From contig JAUCBJ010008050.1 of assembly GCA_032718475.1 (NCBI GenBank), positions 100,045 to 164,044 of the forward strand: a stretch of DNA of 64,000 nt. The letters are read 5' to 3'. The first letter of the stretch is position 1; every line of letters begins with the position of its first letter. The position numbers were made by a program, and so were the translations under genes. The notes under the pieces were generated by a model. The model was given only the letters and a program-made list of their open reading frames with translations, had not been told where the DNA came from and ran no database searches. This document shows, in pieces, positions 54,301 through 64,000 of the stretch. The stretch comes from Nemertoderma westbladi (lineage: Eukaryota; Animalia; Xenacoelomorpha).

Positions 54301-57300
54301 ACTGGTACCAAATTTCCACCAGTGGAATGTCTTGGAAAAAATTCGTTGTTTCTTTCAAGCCTGTGGCCTGGCTATCAATATGAAGCAATTGTTTATTCAC
54401 AAATTGTAAGTGATGCTACATATAAAAGTGAAGATTCAAATACAGTTGTATTTTCTACTCTACCAGAAACTCCCCTTGGATTGGGGTCAGATGGAGATAA
54501 TATTTCGACTTCACAACATAGCATTTCATGGTCAGACCATGTTTCTGAGAAGTTTTTATGTTCAAAACAACTTTGTTATTTGCAAAGAATTGATGAAAAG
54601 AACCACAGGGACCCAGTATCAATACCTCGTAATGAAAATTGTGTAACTCTTGATGTAGAACCTGGATATGAGTATATGGTTTGGTGTAAACGTGTTGTTG
54701 AACATGATGGTCTGCCAGAAGTTTACAGTGGTGCATCGCCTGTTCACCAGTTTTCGGTTTATCCAGAGGCCCCAAAAAATATCGAAATACTACAAGACTC
54801 CATTACAGCTAGATCAGGTACAGCTTCGTGGTATTGGGCTGAACACCTAGGTAGTTACATCAGTTTTAAACTAACACTAAAGAAAAAGAATCGCCCAGAA
54901 GATATTCCTTTGGAAATAGATTGTGTAGATTGTTGGTGTAATTTAACAAATCTGCAACCTGGAACTGGTTACATCGTATCAGTAACAACAGTAGGACCTG
55001 CTGACAAATGTAGTCAAGAATCAAAAGTATGTATATTCTCTACAAAGCCTGAGGCACCAGTAGCTCTTGAAATTTTCCAAAAGGAAAATGGAGATATATG
55101 TGTGAGTTGGAAGGAATTGGATTGGGAGCCATATAAACTATTTATTGAGTATATACACTATGATGACTATATAATGCTAGGACTTATTCCAGTATGTAAT
55201 GAAGAAAAAAAGTGGCAAATTATGCCCGATAATTGTAAAATATTTAATACTAATAATCATGCAAGTGGCTTAGAAAAATGTTTAGAGATAGGCGAGGTAT
55301 ACGATGTAAGAGTATGTTGTGAGGCTCTTCAGAATGGTACCACAGATTCTTTATCGAATGCTACAGCCTGTTCTATTCCAAAAAAATATAAATGCCCACC
55401 TCCACCTCCATTTGACATTGAAGTATCTGAAGATAATAGTAATATTCGTGTATCATGGTCTTTCAGCTCTAAAATAACTACATTTAAGTTAAATTGTCAT
55501 GAACTGTTGATGGATGTTTCAAAAGTTATTGTCATTGATGAAGATATTAGAGAATGCACATATGTATATCACAGTAAACCCTCAACATGCTATCGTGTTA
55601 CTGTAGCATCCTATGTTGAAGATAAAGAATTTGATAATGCTATCATAACAAGTCAAGGTATAGAACATGTATTTATGTCTTCCCCATTGTTTGTTAAAGA
55701 TTTAATAGTTATTTCTAAAAAGGGAATATCTGAAGCCAATTTAAAGTGGGTCACCCCAGATTGTGAAATTTCATACTACAATATTTATCATGGTTCTAAG
55801 GGAAAAAATTTCCAAATTATCCGTGACGGGTCAAGGTTGTCCAGTGATGCTACAACATTTACTTACAGAGATGCCCCATGTGGAACTATATCAATATATA
55901 GGGTTGAAACGGTATATAGGACTAATGGATTAGAAAAGAGTAAGTATTGTGACATCGAGTTTATTGAGGAACCACCAGTTCCCAAAGAACTGCGGCTTAG
56001 TTTAATTCCATCCAATGTAATTAAGTTAGAATGGCAGAAACCAGATGATGTTAAGAAATCCTACTATTCCAACTTCAATGTCTATGTTTGCAAGCTTCTT
56101 GAAGAACAATATCAAACTCCTATCAAACAAGAACCAACTCGTCAACCGGAAAAGTCGGAAACTAAATGCGAAATAAGCATATCTCAATTTGACCCTGGTT
56201 ACTGTTACAAAGTTGGTATTTCATGTTTGGCAAGGTATGCAGAGAATTACATGAAAGAAGGACAGCTGGTTACTAATATTATTACAATTCCACCTGCCCC
56301 CCTTGATAATGTAGTTGATTGTGACCGTAATCCGAACTCTTGTAACATTCTTTGGGAATATGGTAATGGGTATTATAAAGAGGTTAATATAGAAATTGCT
56401 GGGCAGGAAAAAAATATACACATTACATTCCCTTCTAGGTCATATTCATTAGTAAACCTTCAACCAGGTACTAAATATACAGTTAAATTAATTCCTGTTG
56501 GAGAAAAAGAGGTAAAGGGCTCAACTGTAACGTATAAGTTTATAACAAAGCCCAGTCAACCGGAATGTTTTAAAATTGTTGAAGAAGATGGGAACGTTTT
56601 TGCAAAATGGGAAAAATCGACATGGGTTGTTGTTGAATACAAACTGCAGTACCGTTCACAGGGTGCCTTAGACTGGATAGATATCCCTGTAAGAATTGCA
56701 TCTAATAAATGTAAAACCACACATCTTAATGAATACTTTGATGACTATGACACTGAATATGAGGCACAACTTGGTTATAGTAATGGAAATGAAATTGCAT
56801 ATGCAATCGATGATCTATTTGTCAGAGAAGTACCATGTCCATACGATATAATTGTAAATGAACACAACAATCATGATGGTGAACAAATGGCAACAATTTT
56901 ATGTCAAACCAAGTGCAGATCTCAATTATCAGTAAATATTACCAATAGAGCTGAAGTCAAGTTTCTCACTAACAATACCGAAGTAAAAAATGTAGTTAAC
57001 ATTGCAAGTGACCAAATCTCGTTTATAACTGAACCATCACATATATACGATATAAATATACGTGCATACAACAAAGTTATTGATAAGTTCAGCAAGAACA
57101 CTTTCCATCAATTTCTTTCCAAACCACTAAAACCGTCTGGATTAAATATGCAGGATCTGTCTCAAGATAAATTACTCCTAAGTTGGGTTAAACCGGATTG
57201 CGAAGTTAGTTATTATAAAATTGCTCAGTCCAAATCTCCTTTTAAGAATCCAAATTTTGATAAAACTTCGACAGATACGTCTTTAGAGATCCCGATTGAT

Positions 57301-58305
57301 TTCGAGGTGGAAATGATGCGTTTCTATGTAAAATCCCTAATGACCTCCTCCTTGCAATGTGTTCCTGAATCTGAGAGTGATCCCGCAGTAATTAATGTTG
57401 TGCAATATCCCGATCCACCCCAAAACCTGCAATGCACAGTATTAAATTCTACAGATATAGAATTGTCATGGGAACCAGCAGAGAATTCTAATGAATTTGA
57501 GTTGATAGTCAAGGACATCACAACATGTAAATCTATAACTAAAACTTTACAGCAACAGGAGTTGAATCATACTCTCACTGATAATATTCCAGGTGCAGAA
57601 TACAGTATATCAACCAAATCAATACCGCACTTTACATCTAATGATGATTGTCACTGGATAAAAAATAACAAAAGAGACCTCAAAAAAGTAACTATGCCAC
57701 CTGAACCTCCTGTTTCTTTACGTTTTGAAGCTGGTGTAACATCTGTCGAAGTTTGGATAGAAGGGCCTACAACAAGATTCACAGGGTATGAGATCCAATT
57801 AATTTACAACGATTTAAAACGTGATAAAAATGTGTTCAAAAAGAGGTACAATCGTACAATCGAAAATAAATATACTATTGATAATCTGGAGCCATCAACA
57901 TCATATTGTTTGAGATGTTACACAACGTCTAATGAAAAAATAAGTGACAATTATGCAGAAAATGAAATAGAAACTCTTAGTAAGTCAGTAACCATTGAAT
58001 ACTTTTGGAATTCACCCAGAGAAATTTCTCTATCTGCAAACTATGTTGATAAACCGAAGGAAGTAAAAGTGTCATTCTTTAATGACAATGGTAAACCTGC
58101 GAATATCGAAGAAACAGCGTTAAAATTATCATGGTATTCAAAGAAAGCATCATCCGACTCTATTATTATAAATAACTTTCTCCCAAAGTTTGTTGCAAAA
58201 ATTGATGCTAAAGCAAATGCTGAATCAATAATTCGAACAGATGTAGTGGAAATATTGAGGAATCTTCACTTAAATAAGAAAAATCCCCAAACCATAATTA
58301 AATAG
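51370..58305 (+). CDS. LRRC8/pannexin-like 4-TM channel domain fused to ~19-20 fibronectin type III repeats (2311 aa, single coding exon)
   Basis: N-terminal ~370 aa parallels LRRC8: MTTVGEL (MIPVTEL), TM1 then QCVP, DKC...FVTQYLPYIMIIESLFL (FAKYFPYLVL), IYRAYVWK, DILFLLDLV (DFAFMLHLI), LWTPQKV (EWTLDKL). Four hydrophobic helices with paired loop cysteines. Then repeated P.N.....I.V.W......Y......L.PG..Y.V.V units. Acceptor ttccag at 51311-51316. Confidence 0.88.
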   Translation: MTTVGELAQSLWEESPHTKVFTANHDKIEDFANKCLVLVSLVALAGKLFASEAMQCVPSGEHLEDIINIEMSDAILDYAKDKCGNVLWNFVTQYLPYIMIIESLFLLIVDKFSLKTSSIRNTLELFYNLVVEPSLNCTDADSTRRINSMEEGMAGDILVKERQCKEMSESLKRSSKIYRAYVWKSVFEIIFGLFIFGFNIWIAADQTAIQNGALCSIPLNQFASTPSATNLEFVCSCTQMNIYHYISIILCVILVVHILCNLYAIFWCFSLHLRPFSHQLATYKKNGITCSDNWSILTLSKARSYLHKSLLQIPVRCTTSYNNSENGDVTSGQDILFLLDLVAHSCKVSASLKIFTLLNDEFQDLWTPQKVTFLTEEMTEEKIIVKWERAIIHNSTNITSANLTAYEVSLTPSDSHNSFLRIDANGPYLACFESLEPGKEYTISVSSILNGTSMACASHSEHTYANQPINMKAETIGSNFIDLSWCSPNRGEFTDYLLEYSKQEDSHPSHLNQIQRNTQQPITTHKYVSESALIGSRIKRTIDISIELEGSHQLHQQTSINLEPVENKVVLNKGQTSYKVQNLAPKRKYKFKLTARSGKNLTIKPNSEALKGTFMTKRLPPPENIRIRDHDVTTIDVQWDLSSSVTHYYVYHTLAKSLSYEIISRTISPNLDICLMHCQFAGEVDVSKPTTDNFDMIYKVGRDGDLEEGQWYAIFVVAVNGNVQSDPTMAIHWTRPAKPTKFREQILNDGVSLLWKKSTSMLTRGYILKCKPVNKGFKGHLPTTVLGDIGNVDHYKIYGLQGGCSYTFTLEAQAYIDDIKDATTSIPINLSHTVKPKPVIKPKHNSAADNISVTWDIPEDTLISQFGLQIEELRENGPAKSLCELDFPSSSHKFPQLKQGMKYQINIWTQTEIENEEKENNNQPVKSPIEIIKCFTCPSQPEQLLTESINSQNVKLVWDKSISYEEVHYFIIYTENETGTKFPPVECLGKNSLFLSSLWPGYQYEAIVYSQIVSDATYKSEDSNTVVFSTLPETPLGLGSDGDNISTSQHSISWSDHVSEKFLCSKQLCYLQRIDEKNHRDPVSIPRNENCVTLDVEPGYEYMVWCKRVVEHDGLPEVYSGASPVHQFSVYPEAPKNIEILQDSITARSGTASWYWAEHLGSYISFKLTLKKKNRPEDIPLEIDCVDCWCNLTNLQPGTGYIVSVTTVGPADKCSQESKVCIFSTKPEAPVALEIFQKENGDICVSWKELDWEPYKLFIEYIHYDDYIMLGLIPVCNEEKKWQIMPDNCKIFNTNNHASGLEKCLEIGEVYDVRVCCEALQNGTTDSLSNATACSIPKKYKCPPPPPFDIEVSEDNSNIRVSWSFSSKITTFKLNCHELLMDVSKVIVIDEDIRECTYVYHSKPSTCYRVTVASYVEDKEFDNAIITSQGIEHVFMSSPLFVKDLIVISKKGISEANLKWVTPDCEISYYNIYHGSKGKNFQIIRDGSRLSSDATTFTYRDAPCGTISIYRVETVYRTNGLEKSKYCDIEFIEEPPVPKELRLSLIPSNVIKLEWQKPDDVKKSYYSNFNVYVCKLLEEQYQTPIKQEPTRQPEKSETKCEISISQFDPGYCYKVGISCLARYAENYMKEGQLVTNIITIPPAPLDNVVDCDRNPNSCNILWEYGNGYYKEVNIEIAGQEKNIHITFPSRSYSLVNLQPGTKYTVKLIPVGEKEVKGSTVTYKFITKPSQPECFKIVEEDGNVFAKWEKSTWVVVEYKLQYRSQGALDWIDIPVRIASNKCKTTHLNEYFDDYDTEYEAQLGYSNGNEIAYAIDDLFVREVPCPYDIIVNEHNNHDGEQMATILCQTKCRSQLSVNITNRAEVKFLTNNTEVKNVVNIASDQISFITEPSHIYDINIRAYNKVIDKFSKNTFHQFLSKPLKPSGLNMQDLSQDKLLLSWVKPDCEVSYYKIAQSKSPFKNPNFDKTSTDTSLEIPIDFEVEMMRFYVKSLMTSSLQCVPESESDPAVINVVQYPDPPQNLQCTVLNSTDIELSWEPAENSNEFELIVKDITTCKSITKTLQQQELNHTLTDNIPGAEYSISTKSIPHFTSNDDCHWIKNNKRDLKKVTMPPEPPVSLRFEAGVTSVEVWIEGPTTRFTGYEIQLIYNDLKRDKNVFKKRYNRTIENKYTIDNLEPSTSYCLRCYTTSNEKISDNYAENEIETLSKSVTIEYFWNSPREISLSANYVDKPKEVKVSFFNDNGKPANIEETALKLSWYSKKASSDSIIINNFLPKFVAKIDAKANAESIIRTDVVEILRNLHLNKKNPQTIIK

Positions 58306-58550
58306 CATGAGTTGAGTATGCCGTACATAGTGGCTATGTCTCATGAACACGGAACTGAAAGGTGATGCCGAAATTAAATATTTAGTTGATATGCTTAACT
58401 CATGCGTATTTATTGTAAAGTAAAAATTCGTATCACATGACGACAGACGATTGCTACAAGAATTCTAGAACATTTCCGTAATAAGAAAAGACCAAAAGTA
58501 ATACAGACACTGTCTAAAATTGCTTAGCTTACCTTAATATACTGTATAAT

Positions 58551-58792
58551 GGTCTTGGGACGTTAGTGCCCGTGAGACATTAGTGCCCGCGGCCACTAAT
58601 GTTTCAGTACCTTTCGTGCCGCGGTCACTTAGTCGCCTTATCGCGGGCACTAATGTCACATAGGACGTTAGTGCCCGCGAGACATTAGTGCCCTCCTACC
58701 AACTAGCAGACAATGTCCTCGGGCACTAAGGACTCGCGGGCACTAAAGTCTTACTCGCAGACATGGTTTCCGGGCACTAAAGTCCCCCAATC
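58551..58792. mobile_element. Palindromic MITE built from ~20-nt subrepeats, 8-9-bp TSD (Mutator-like)
   Basis: Left end gggacgttagtgcccg, right end cgggcactaaagtccc; internal ttagtgccc/gggcactaa copies in both orientations; ctgtataat at 58542-58550 and 58792-58800. Confidence 0.75.
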
Positions 58793-59604
58793 TGTATAAT
58801 TGCTTAGCTTACATTATTTATGAATTAAATTGCTTAGTATGCATGACAGTACCTCAAAACATAAAGTTATCTCCAAACCTGCGGAAAAGGACGCCGTTTA
58901 ATTTCCTCATTGGGACAACCATTTTATGAATGACAACAAACTTGTGAATTTAAATTGTGACTTTCCTCCTTTTCGATCTTTCCCTATTATTAGTGTAGAT
59001 TTCATACACGCTACACCCGGTAATGCAATGTATTGTATTGTATACTTCATTATTATATTCCTCCAAACAACGGAAATAATAAATATATTTGAAAAAAATT
59101 GTTCTTCCGCACTCAAATGTTATAAAACACTAAAATATTAATAAATTTTCTCGTATATTATTACCCCAACTTTATCAAATTTAAATACCTACACCCAATA
59201 TTCTACACCAAACTAAACGCGAGGAGCTAGATTATAAAAATAAATAAATATATTTAAGTAAAACTGTTCCGGTAGACAAGATAAAAACCAAAAGACAGTA
59301 GGCATCACTTACTTACTAAACAACAGCCACTAACTAGTACTATAGGCCTACTAACTACTGTACTGTTGTTGTTTGATAAATCATTTGGTTTATTCATTGG
59401 TGCCGTTTAACTTTATTACAGTATATAGCTACTATTATGGATTTATTTGTTTATGAATACAGTTTATTAATAAATAATATGCATTAGCCATTAAATATAT
59501 AATCGGTACGCAATAAACTTCGCCCGCGATAGGCAAACGCCTCCAATCTTTGCCCAATAAATAATTATGTTACTTTGTATCAGATTATGAAACTGTGACC
59601 TGCA

Positions 59605-60024
59605 CCCATGTGAAGAATACCAGGTTTTCACTTTTCGGTCAGATTATATTGAAATTATAAATATGAAGAATCTGTATTATTTTAAATTTGATTGATAATT
59701 ATATTATTTATTGTCAATCAAGTTAAGTAAAAAATCTTACCGGTAGGTACAGTATGCAAGGAACAGAGTATGTTAAAAACTAAAAAGCAACTGGACCTAG
59801 GCGCATGAAATCAGTGATCAGCTGACCGAAGGTAAGGTTTTTTGCTTGACTTGCTTGACAATAAATAATATAATTATTAATTAACATTAATTTTTCAACA
59901 GTTTAGTAGCACTTATATCTATTTTATAACCTGTACATATACTAATTCGTTTATTGTTTTGGTTAGATTAAGCGGTTCTGTAACATGCTCTTTTTAGAGA
60001 AAAACCTGGTATTCTTCACATGGG
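59605..60024. mobile_element. MITE-like element with 24-bp perfect terminal inverted repeats
   Basis: cccatgtgaagaataccaggtttt (59605-59628) and aaaacctggtattcttcacatggg (60001-60024); no clear TSD. Confidence 0.7.
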
Positions 60025-60623
60025 GGTAAACTGAAAAGTGAAATATAGCAGCATAAAAGAGTTGTATACTCCACATGTGCTATGACCTGTGCTATGACAC
60101 CCGTTTATTGTTTTGGTTAGAATTACGCGTAACTCTAACGAAAATTCTCTAAGTTTTCTAAGTACCATAAAAATATAATAATATACACCTGTAGACTGTA
60201 GACCAATTAAATAGAGATATATATTCCATATTCCGTAGTATTTCGTTTAAAATGTAAAAATACCGATATATGACTGATATGGATATTCGACTTCAATGGT
60301 GTTACATTACAAACTTAATATCCGCTGTTGACATTCCATCACATTATAATATGTTAGGAATCACTAATAATATAAATGTACTAAGTCATTAACGGTAGCG
60401 AATTCGGCAACATCCTTTAATGATATTATTTAATGATTTTAATTGAAGTGCAAACCTATTGTTCTTGCAATCATGTACAAAGTTATTGTCCTCCACACTG
60501 TAACTCCAAGGCCTACACGCGCGATTACATTATTGCATTATGCACTGTGACCTTCGCACAATAAAGGGGAACCTGTCGTTAGGGTACCGGTAATACATTT
60601 CTTGGCACTAATAGTTGATGGTG

Positions 60624-60637
60624 GTTGCCCAGGTAAC
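60624..60637 (+). promoter_or_regulatory. RFX X-box upstream of the EFCAB12-like gene
   Basis: GTTGCC-CA-GGTAAC matches the X-box consensus; lies in a locally CpG-richer patch ~1.45 kb upstream of the ATG. Confidence 0.55.
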
Positions 60638-62091
60638 CAAACGTTACGCGATACAGAGCTAGTAATTAAACTGAGTTGTTAAAAGTTGTTGGTTATAATT
60701 TAACAACCTGTTTGTGATGCTGTGGTTATATTACCTGTCGTAATTTTATGAATAATAAAAAAGTCATTATAATATTTTGATAAATTATTTATTACCGGCG
60801 GTAAAGGGGCATTATGAAATATTTTTCTCAAAATTGAGAATTCTTAAGAACATTTTATTGAGCATTTGAGCAACAAAGCTACAATAATAATATTGACGGA
60901 TCAGCATGCCTCTCACCCATTTTTAAGAATACAGTCTTATTTTTTCACTTTTCCGTCAAATTTAATCTAAATTTTATATATTTTTTAAACTGACTCTAAT
61001 AACTTCACTATATTAATTTAATATGAAATGGAATTTATAGAATAAGCAGATATAAACATCAATTATTAATAAAAAATTATATTTTAAATCATATTTTTTG
61101 TATAGACAATAATTCGTTTGTTGTTTTGGTTAGATTCACCAAATCCGAAACCAGAATTTTAGTAAAAATCTAGTATTCCCATTGACCATAGCTAACTTCA
61201 ACACTCAAGATACCATCACATAGTTGATTGGTTGGTCTGATTTTGAAGGTTAATACCATACTTAGTGCTGTTCCTGTTGGATACAGATGGGTGATTGATT
61301 CTGCTATATCCACATAAGCTTAAGGTGCACACCCCACCCCCATACTGATGCAGATTATCCAGACATACCATTAAGTCATAAGCCATATGAAGTACCCTTA
61401 GAAATACTGCTATTATATTAACCTAATTATTATATATAATATATTTATTATTATTATTCATCACATATATATATATACTTATTTATGATTATTTTTATCT
61501 AAATAATTAATAATTTATAAATTAATTATTAATTATTAATTTTTTAATGATGTATATATTTTTTACATGGAAACAAAAAAACTTCGCAAAGTCAACTAAA
61601 TACATCAAGGCTATTAATTAATCAAAGAGACCCTTTTTCACGGGGTCATAAGGGAGAATCATTTTGTTTCTCATACATGTATAATAAATAAATAATACTT
61701 CCGGTAGATAGTTAAAAGTAATTTTTTCTTTAATGTCCAACGTATTCTTCCCATGTAATACGGAAGTTAATTTTTTTATATACTAATTCATATATATATT
61801 ATTAATTTAAAAAATTAATTTTTTTGCTTTATTGTTTTATTATTATTAATTTAAAAATATCGATAGAAATACTTTTTAACAATAAAATCAGCATTATAAA
61901 ATTTATATCTCACTAAACTAATGAAATAATGTAATTCAAGGTAGCGAAGGTATTTATAACGAATTTTTAGTGATATAATTTATTTTTAAGATAGAATATT
62001 TAAGTTAAAGGGTAATTGCTAAAGAAGGAAAGTTGTGAAAATATTATGAAATCAATAATTTGTTGATATTGTTCGTAAACTAACATACGAT

Positions 62092-64000
62092 ATGAGTTTA
62101 GAGAGACGTTTATCCGAGGACTATGAACTACGACAGCTGTTTGACCCCACATTCATAGAGCACCTACCCATAAGCGAGCAGCTCAGTTACTACAAACAAC
62201 GCAACCTACTCAAAGCCAAGAAATATACAGACGACATCCACAAATATGGGAGCAGAACGCATGAGCGAGTCCGACAAATGGAGGCTCCCATGGGGCAGGT
62301 CTACCCGAAATACGATAATGTAAATAAACAACAGGCCAACAGGAGATCACACAGTAAGATTTCTGGAGATCTGGATGATTCGGTAGATGATGTTGACAAA
62401 CCAGTCGAGAAATCGAGCGATCTTGAATTCAAAGAATGGTTTAATAGAAGGAAGAAAATGAGGGGGGATCTTGAGACAATGGGAGATCTCGAGAAATGGT
62501 TTGCTGGGAAGCCTGATATTACGGCTTTAGAAAGGAGAGTTTTCATGAAGCATTTAGCAGATAAATATCCGATGGTTAAACCTCCGATATTGGAACCGGA
62601 TTTCCGACCGAGATCGGATGGCACCTTGGATTCTTTACCTGGGATTAAACGTCCTACTCCTATCGGTTTAGCTAAGATAGAGAGTTACTTACAGCAGGTC
62701 CACTGGAGATTACTGGATCTATTCGCGGACATGGATAAGGATAAAAACTGGAGGGTCACGAAGAATGAGTTCCGGAATATTGTACGTTGGGCGGAGATTC
62801 CAATTGAGGATAAAGACCTCGATGATCTAATACAAACTCTTGATAACGATAACAAGGGTTACATTTCGTACAAGCAGCTGGTCCATGGGATTGAACTTTA
62901 CAGACTGGAAGAGCGCGATCGGTTGCACGATGAGATGGTTCGAGCTGGTGTTATAGATCCATCGGATCCTTACGGTACTCGAAATCTTGGACGTCGAATG
63001 CGTTTCCGGGACCAACAGCGTGGAAAGGTGCGTATAAAAGATGGACCAAATCCTCTGGAAGGGGTGTTCTCTTTAGAACAAGGTGGTGCATCATTGAAAC
63101 GTATGACTTACTTCTCAAAACGGCGATCTGCCACTCCTGTACCACTTGTCGACAAATCTGAGATCTCCTTTTTCACTTACAGTGATGATGATGACAATGA
63201 CGTTGAAGACTCTGTTTCTACTCCCCAACCTGTAGTTACCCTATTAGTAGACATGCCTAAGGCTAACATTAACTTAAAGTCCGAACGACCGAAAACTACA
63301 CCAAACCTCACATCTCACAATCAACAACCCCACCAAGGAGAAATTATATCAGAAATTCTGGCCCAGGATGACAACAATGGGCTTACAAAGGGCGATATAA
63401 CGTCGACTGATGGTATATTAAAGTCAGTAGCTAGAAAGAAATTGCAATCAGCACCTCCAAAAGTTTCCTTTGAAAAAGAGGTAAAGGGAATAATTGGAAC
63501 TGTAAATGATGATACTGATGAAATTACAGAATTGCTTGAAAATGATGCTGAATTTCAATCTCAAAAGAAGTCGAGCAATAGACCAGGAAGTTCGGTGGGA
63601 AAATCAACGACCTCTTCTGGTAGATCTACTAGTTTATCTGATCGGCCACCGAGTTCAACCGGGACATTCCGAACACCATCGACGCCAGCAACATATCGAG
63701 CCTCTAGCCCGGCACACCTGGAACCGCCTCCTATAGACACATCGGAGTTCGTCGGGCTGGAAGAGGACGTCGCGGTGGAGAAAGCAAAGCGATTCCGACA
63801 CCATCGACGCATCGTCAGGAACGACCTGTGGGAAGAAGTGGCCCAATCCAGACGCGTCCTCTCGGGCTATCAGCCAATAGACGACCACTGTAGGTATTCC
63901 AGCCTCAACGAAACAAACCAATCAGAATCGATCAATAGGTACAGAGAGCAACTACTTAAAGAGTATCTAAAGATTATGGAGATTTGCAAATCAAGGGGTT
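62092..64000 (+). CDS. EFCAB12: EF-hand calcium-binding domain protein 12-like, running off the window (absent from the ORF track)
   Basis: Manually translated open frame of 636 codons from ATG 62092 with no stop: YKQRNL..EAPM, WFNRRKKMRGDLETMGDLEKWFAGKPDITALERRV, EF-hand pair DKDKNWRVTKNE / DNDNKGYISYKQ, DDHCRYSSL...NRYREQLLKEYLKIMEIC. Confidence 0.78.
   Translation, partial: MSLERRLSEDYELRQLFDPTFIEHLPISEQLSYYKQRNLLKAKKYTDDIHKYGSRTHERVRQMEAPMGQVYPKYDNVNKQQANRRSHSKISGDLDDSVDDVDKPVEKSSDLEFKEWFNRRKKMRGDLETMGDLEKWFAGKPDITALERRVFMKHLADKYPMVKPPILEPDFRPRSDGTLDSLPGIKRPTPIGLAKIESYLQQVHWRLLDLFADMDKDKNWRVTKNEFRNIVRWAEIPIEDKDLDDLIQTLDNDNKGYISYKQLVHGIELYRLEERDRLHDEMVRAGVIDPSDPYGTRNLGRRMRFRDQQRGKVRIKDGPNPLEGVFSLEQGGASLKRMTYFSKRRSATPVPLVDKSEISFFTYSDDDDNDVEDSVSTPQPVVTLLVDMPKANINLKSERPKTTPNLTSHNQQPHQGEIISEILAQDDNNGLTKGDITSTDGILKSVARKKLQSAPPKVSFEKEVKGIIGTVNDDTDEITELLENDAEFQSQKKSSNRPGSSVGKSTTSSGRSTSLSDRPPSSTGTFRTPSTPATYRASSPAHLEPPPIDTSEFVGLEEDVAVEKAKRFRHHRRIVRNDLWEEVAQSRRVLSGYQPIDDHCRYSSLNETNQSESINRYREQLLKEYLKIMEICKSRG

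Noticed and set aside
51370-58305. Receptor tyrosine phosphatase, tenascin or usherin
   Set aside because: No signal peptide, no TM segment after the FN3 array, no PTP/EGF/laminin domains; the N-terminus is a 4-TM channel-like domain.
62301-63921. Short ORFs listed in the track in this region
   Set aside because: They are antisense or off-frame shadows of the long + strand EFCAB12-like frame starting at 62092.

Overview
Repeat-rich, AT-rich genomic DNA from an animal, probably an invertebrate (spliceosomal GT-AG introns; no prokaryotic features). Three host genes are present. (1) A minus-strand spliced gene (ATG 10017, 7 exons traced to 1854, continuing off the left edge) encodes a secreted protein with a CASPR/COLFI-like domain and at least 4 TSP1 repeats; its introns hold L2/CR1, RTE and CRE LINEs. 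(2) An intronless 2311-aa ORF (51370-58305) has an LRRC8/pannexin-like 4-TM channel domain whose usual LRR tail is replaced by roughly 19-20 fibronectin type III repeats. (3) An EFCAB12-like EF-hand gene starts at 62092, runs off the right edge, and has an upstream RFX X-box. The centre (13750-51257) holds three insertions of one unusually large BEL/Pao LTR family: an orphan LTR split by a Penelope element, an 18.7-kb copy on +, and a 12.2-kb internally deleted copy on - with an ATGAC target-site duplication. This family carries a 1417-aa extra ORF after pol. It is not an env: it contains a DEDDy (EXD/WRN/Mut-7-like) 3'-5' exonuclease domain, Cys/His zinc knuckles and a basic C-terminus, and sits behind a conserved RFX X-box. 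The strongest novelty candidates are this exonuclease-carrying BEL/Pao family and the LRRC8-like channel-FN3 fusion. All family assignments come from motif recognition by eye, not database searches.
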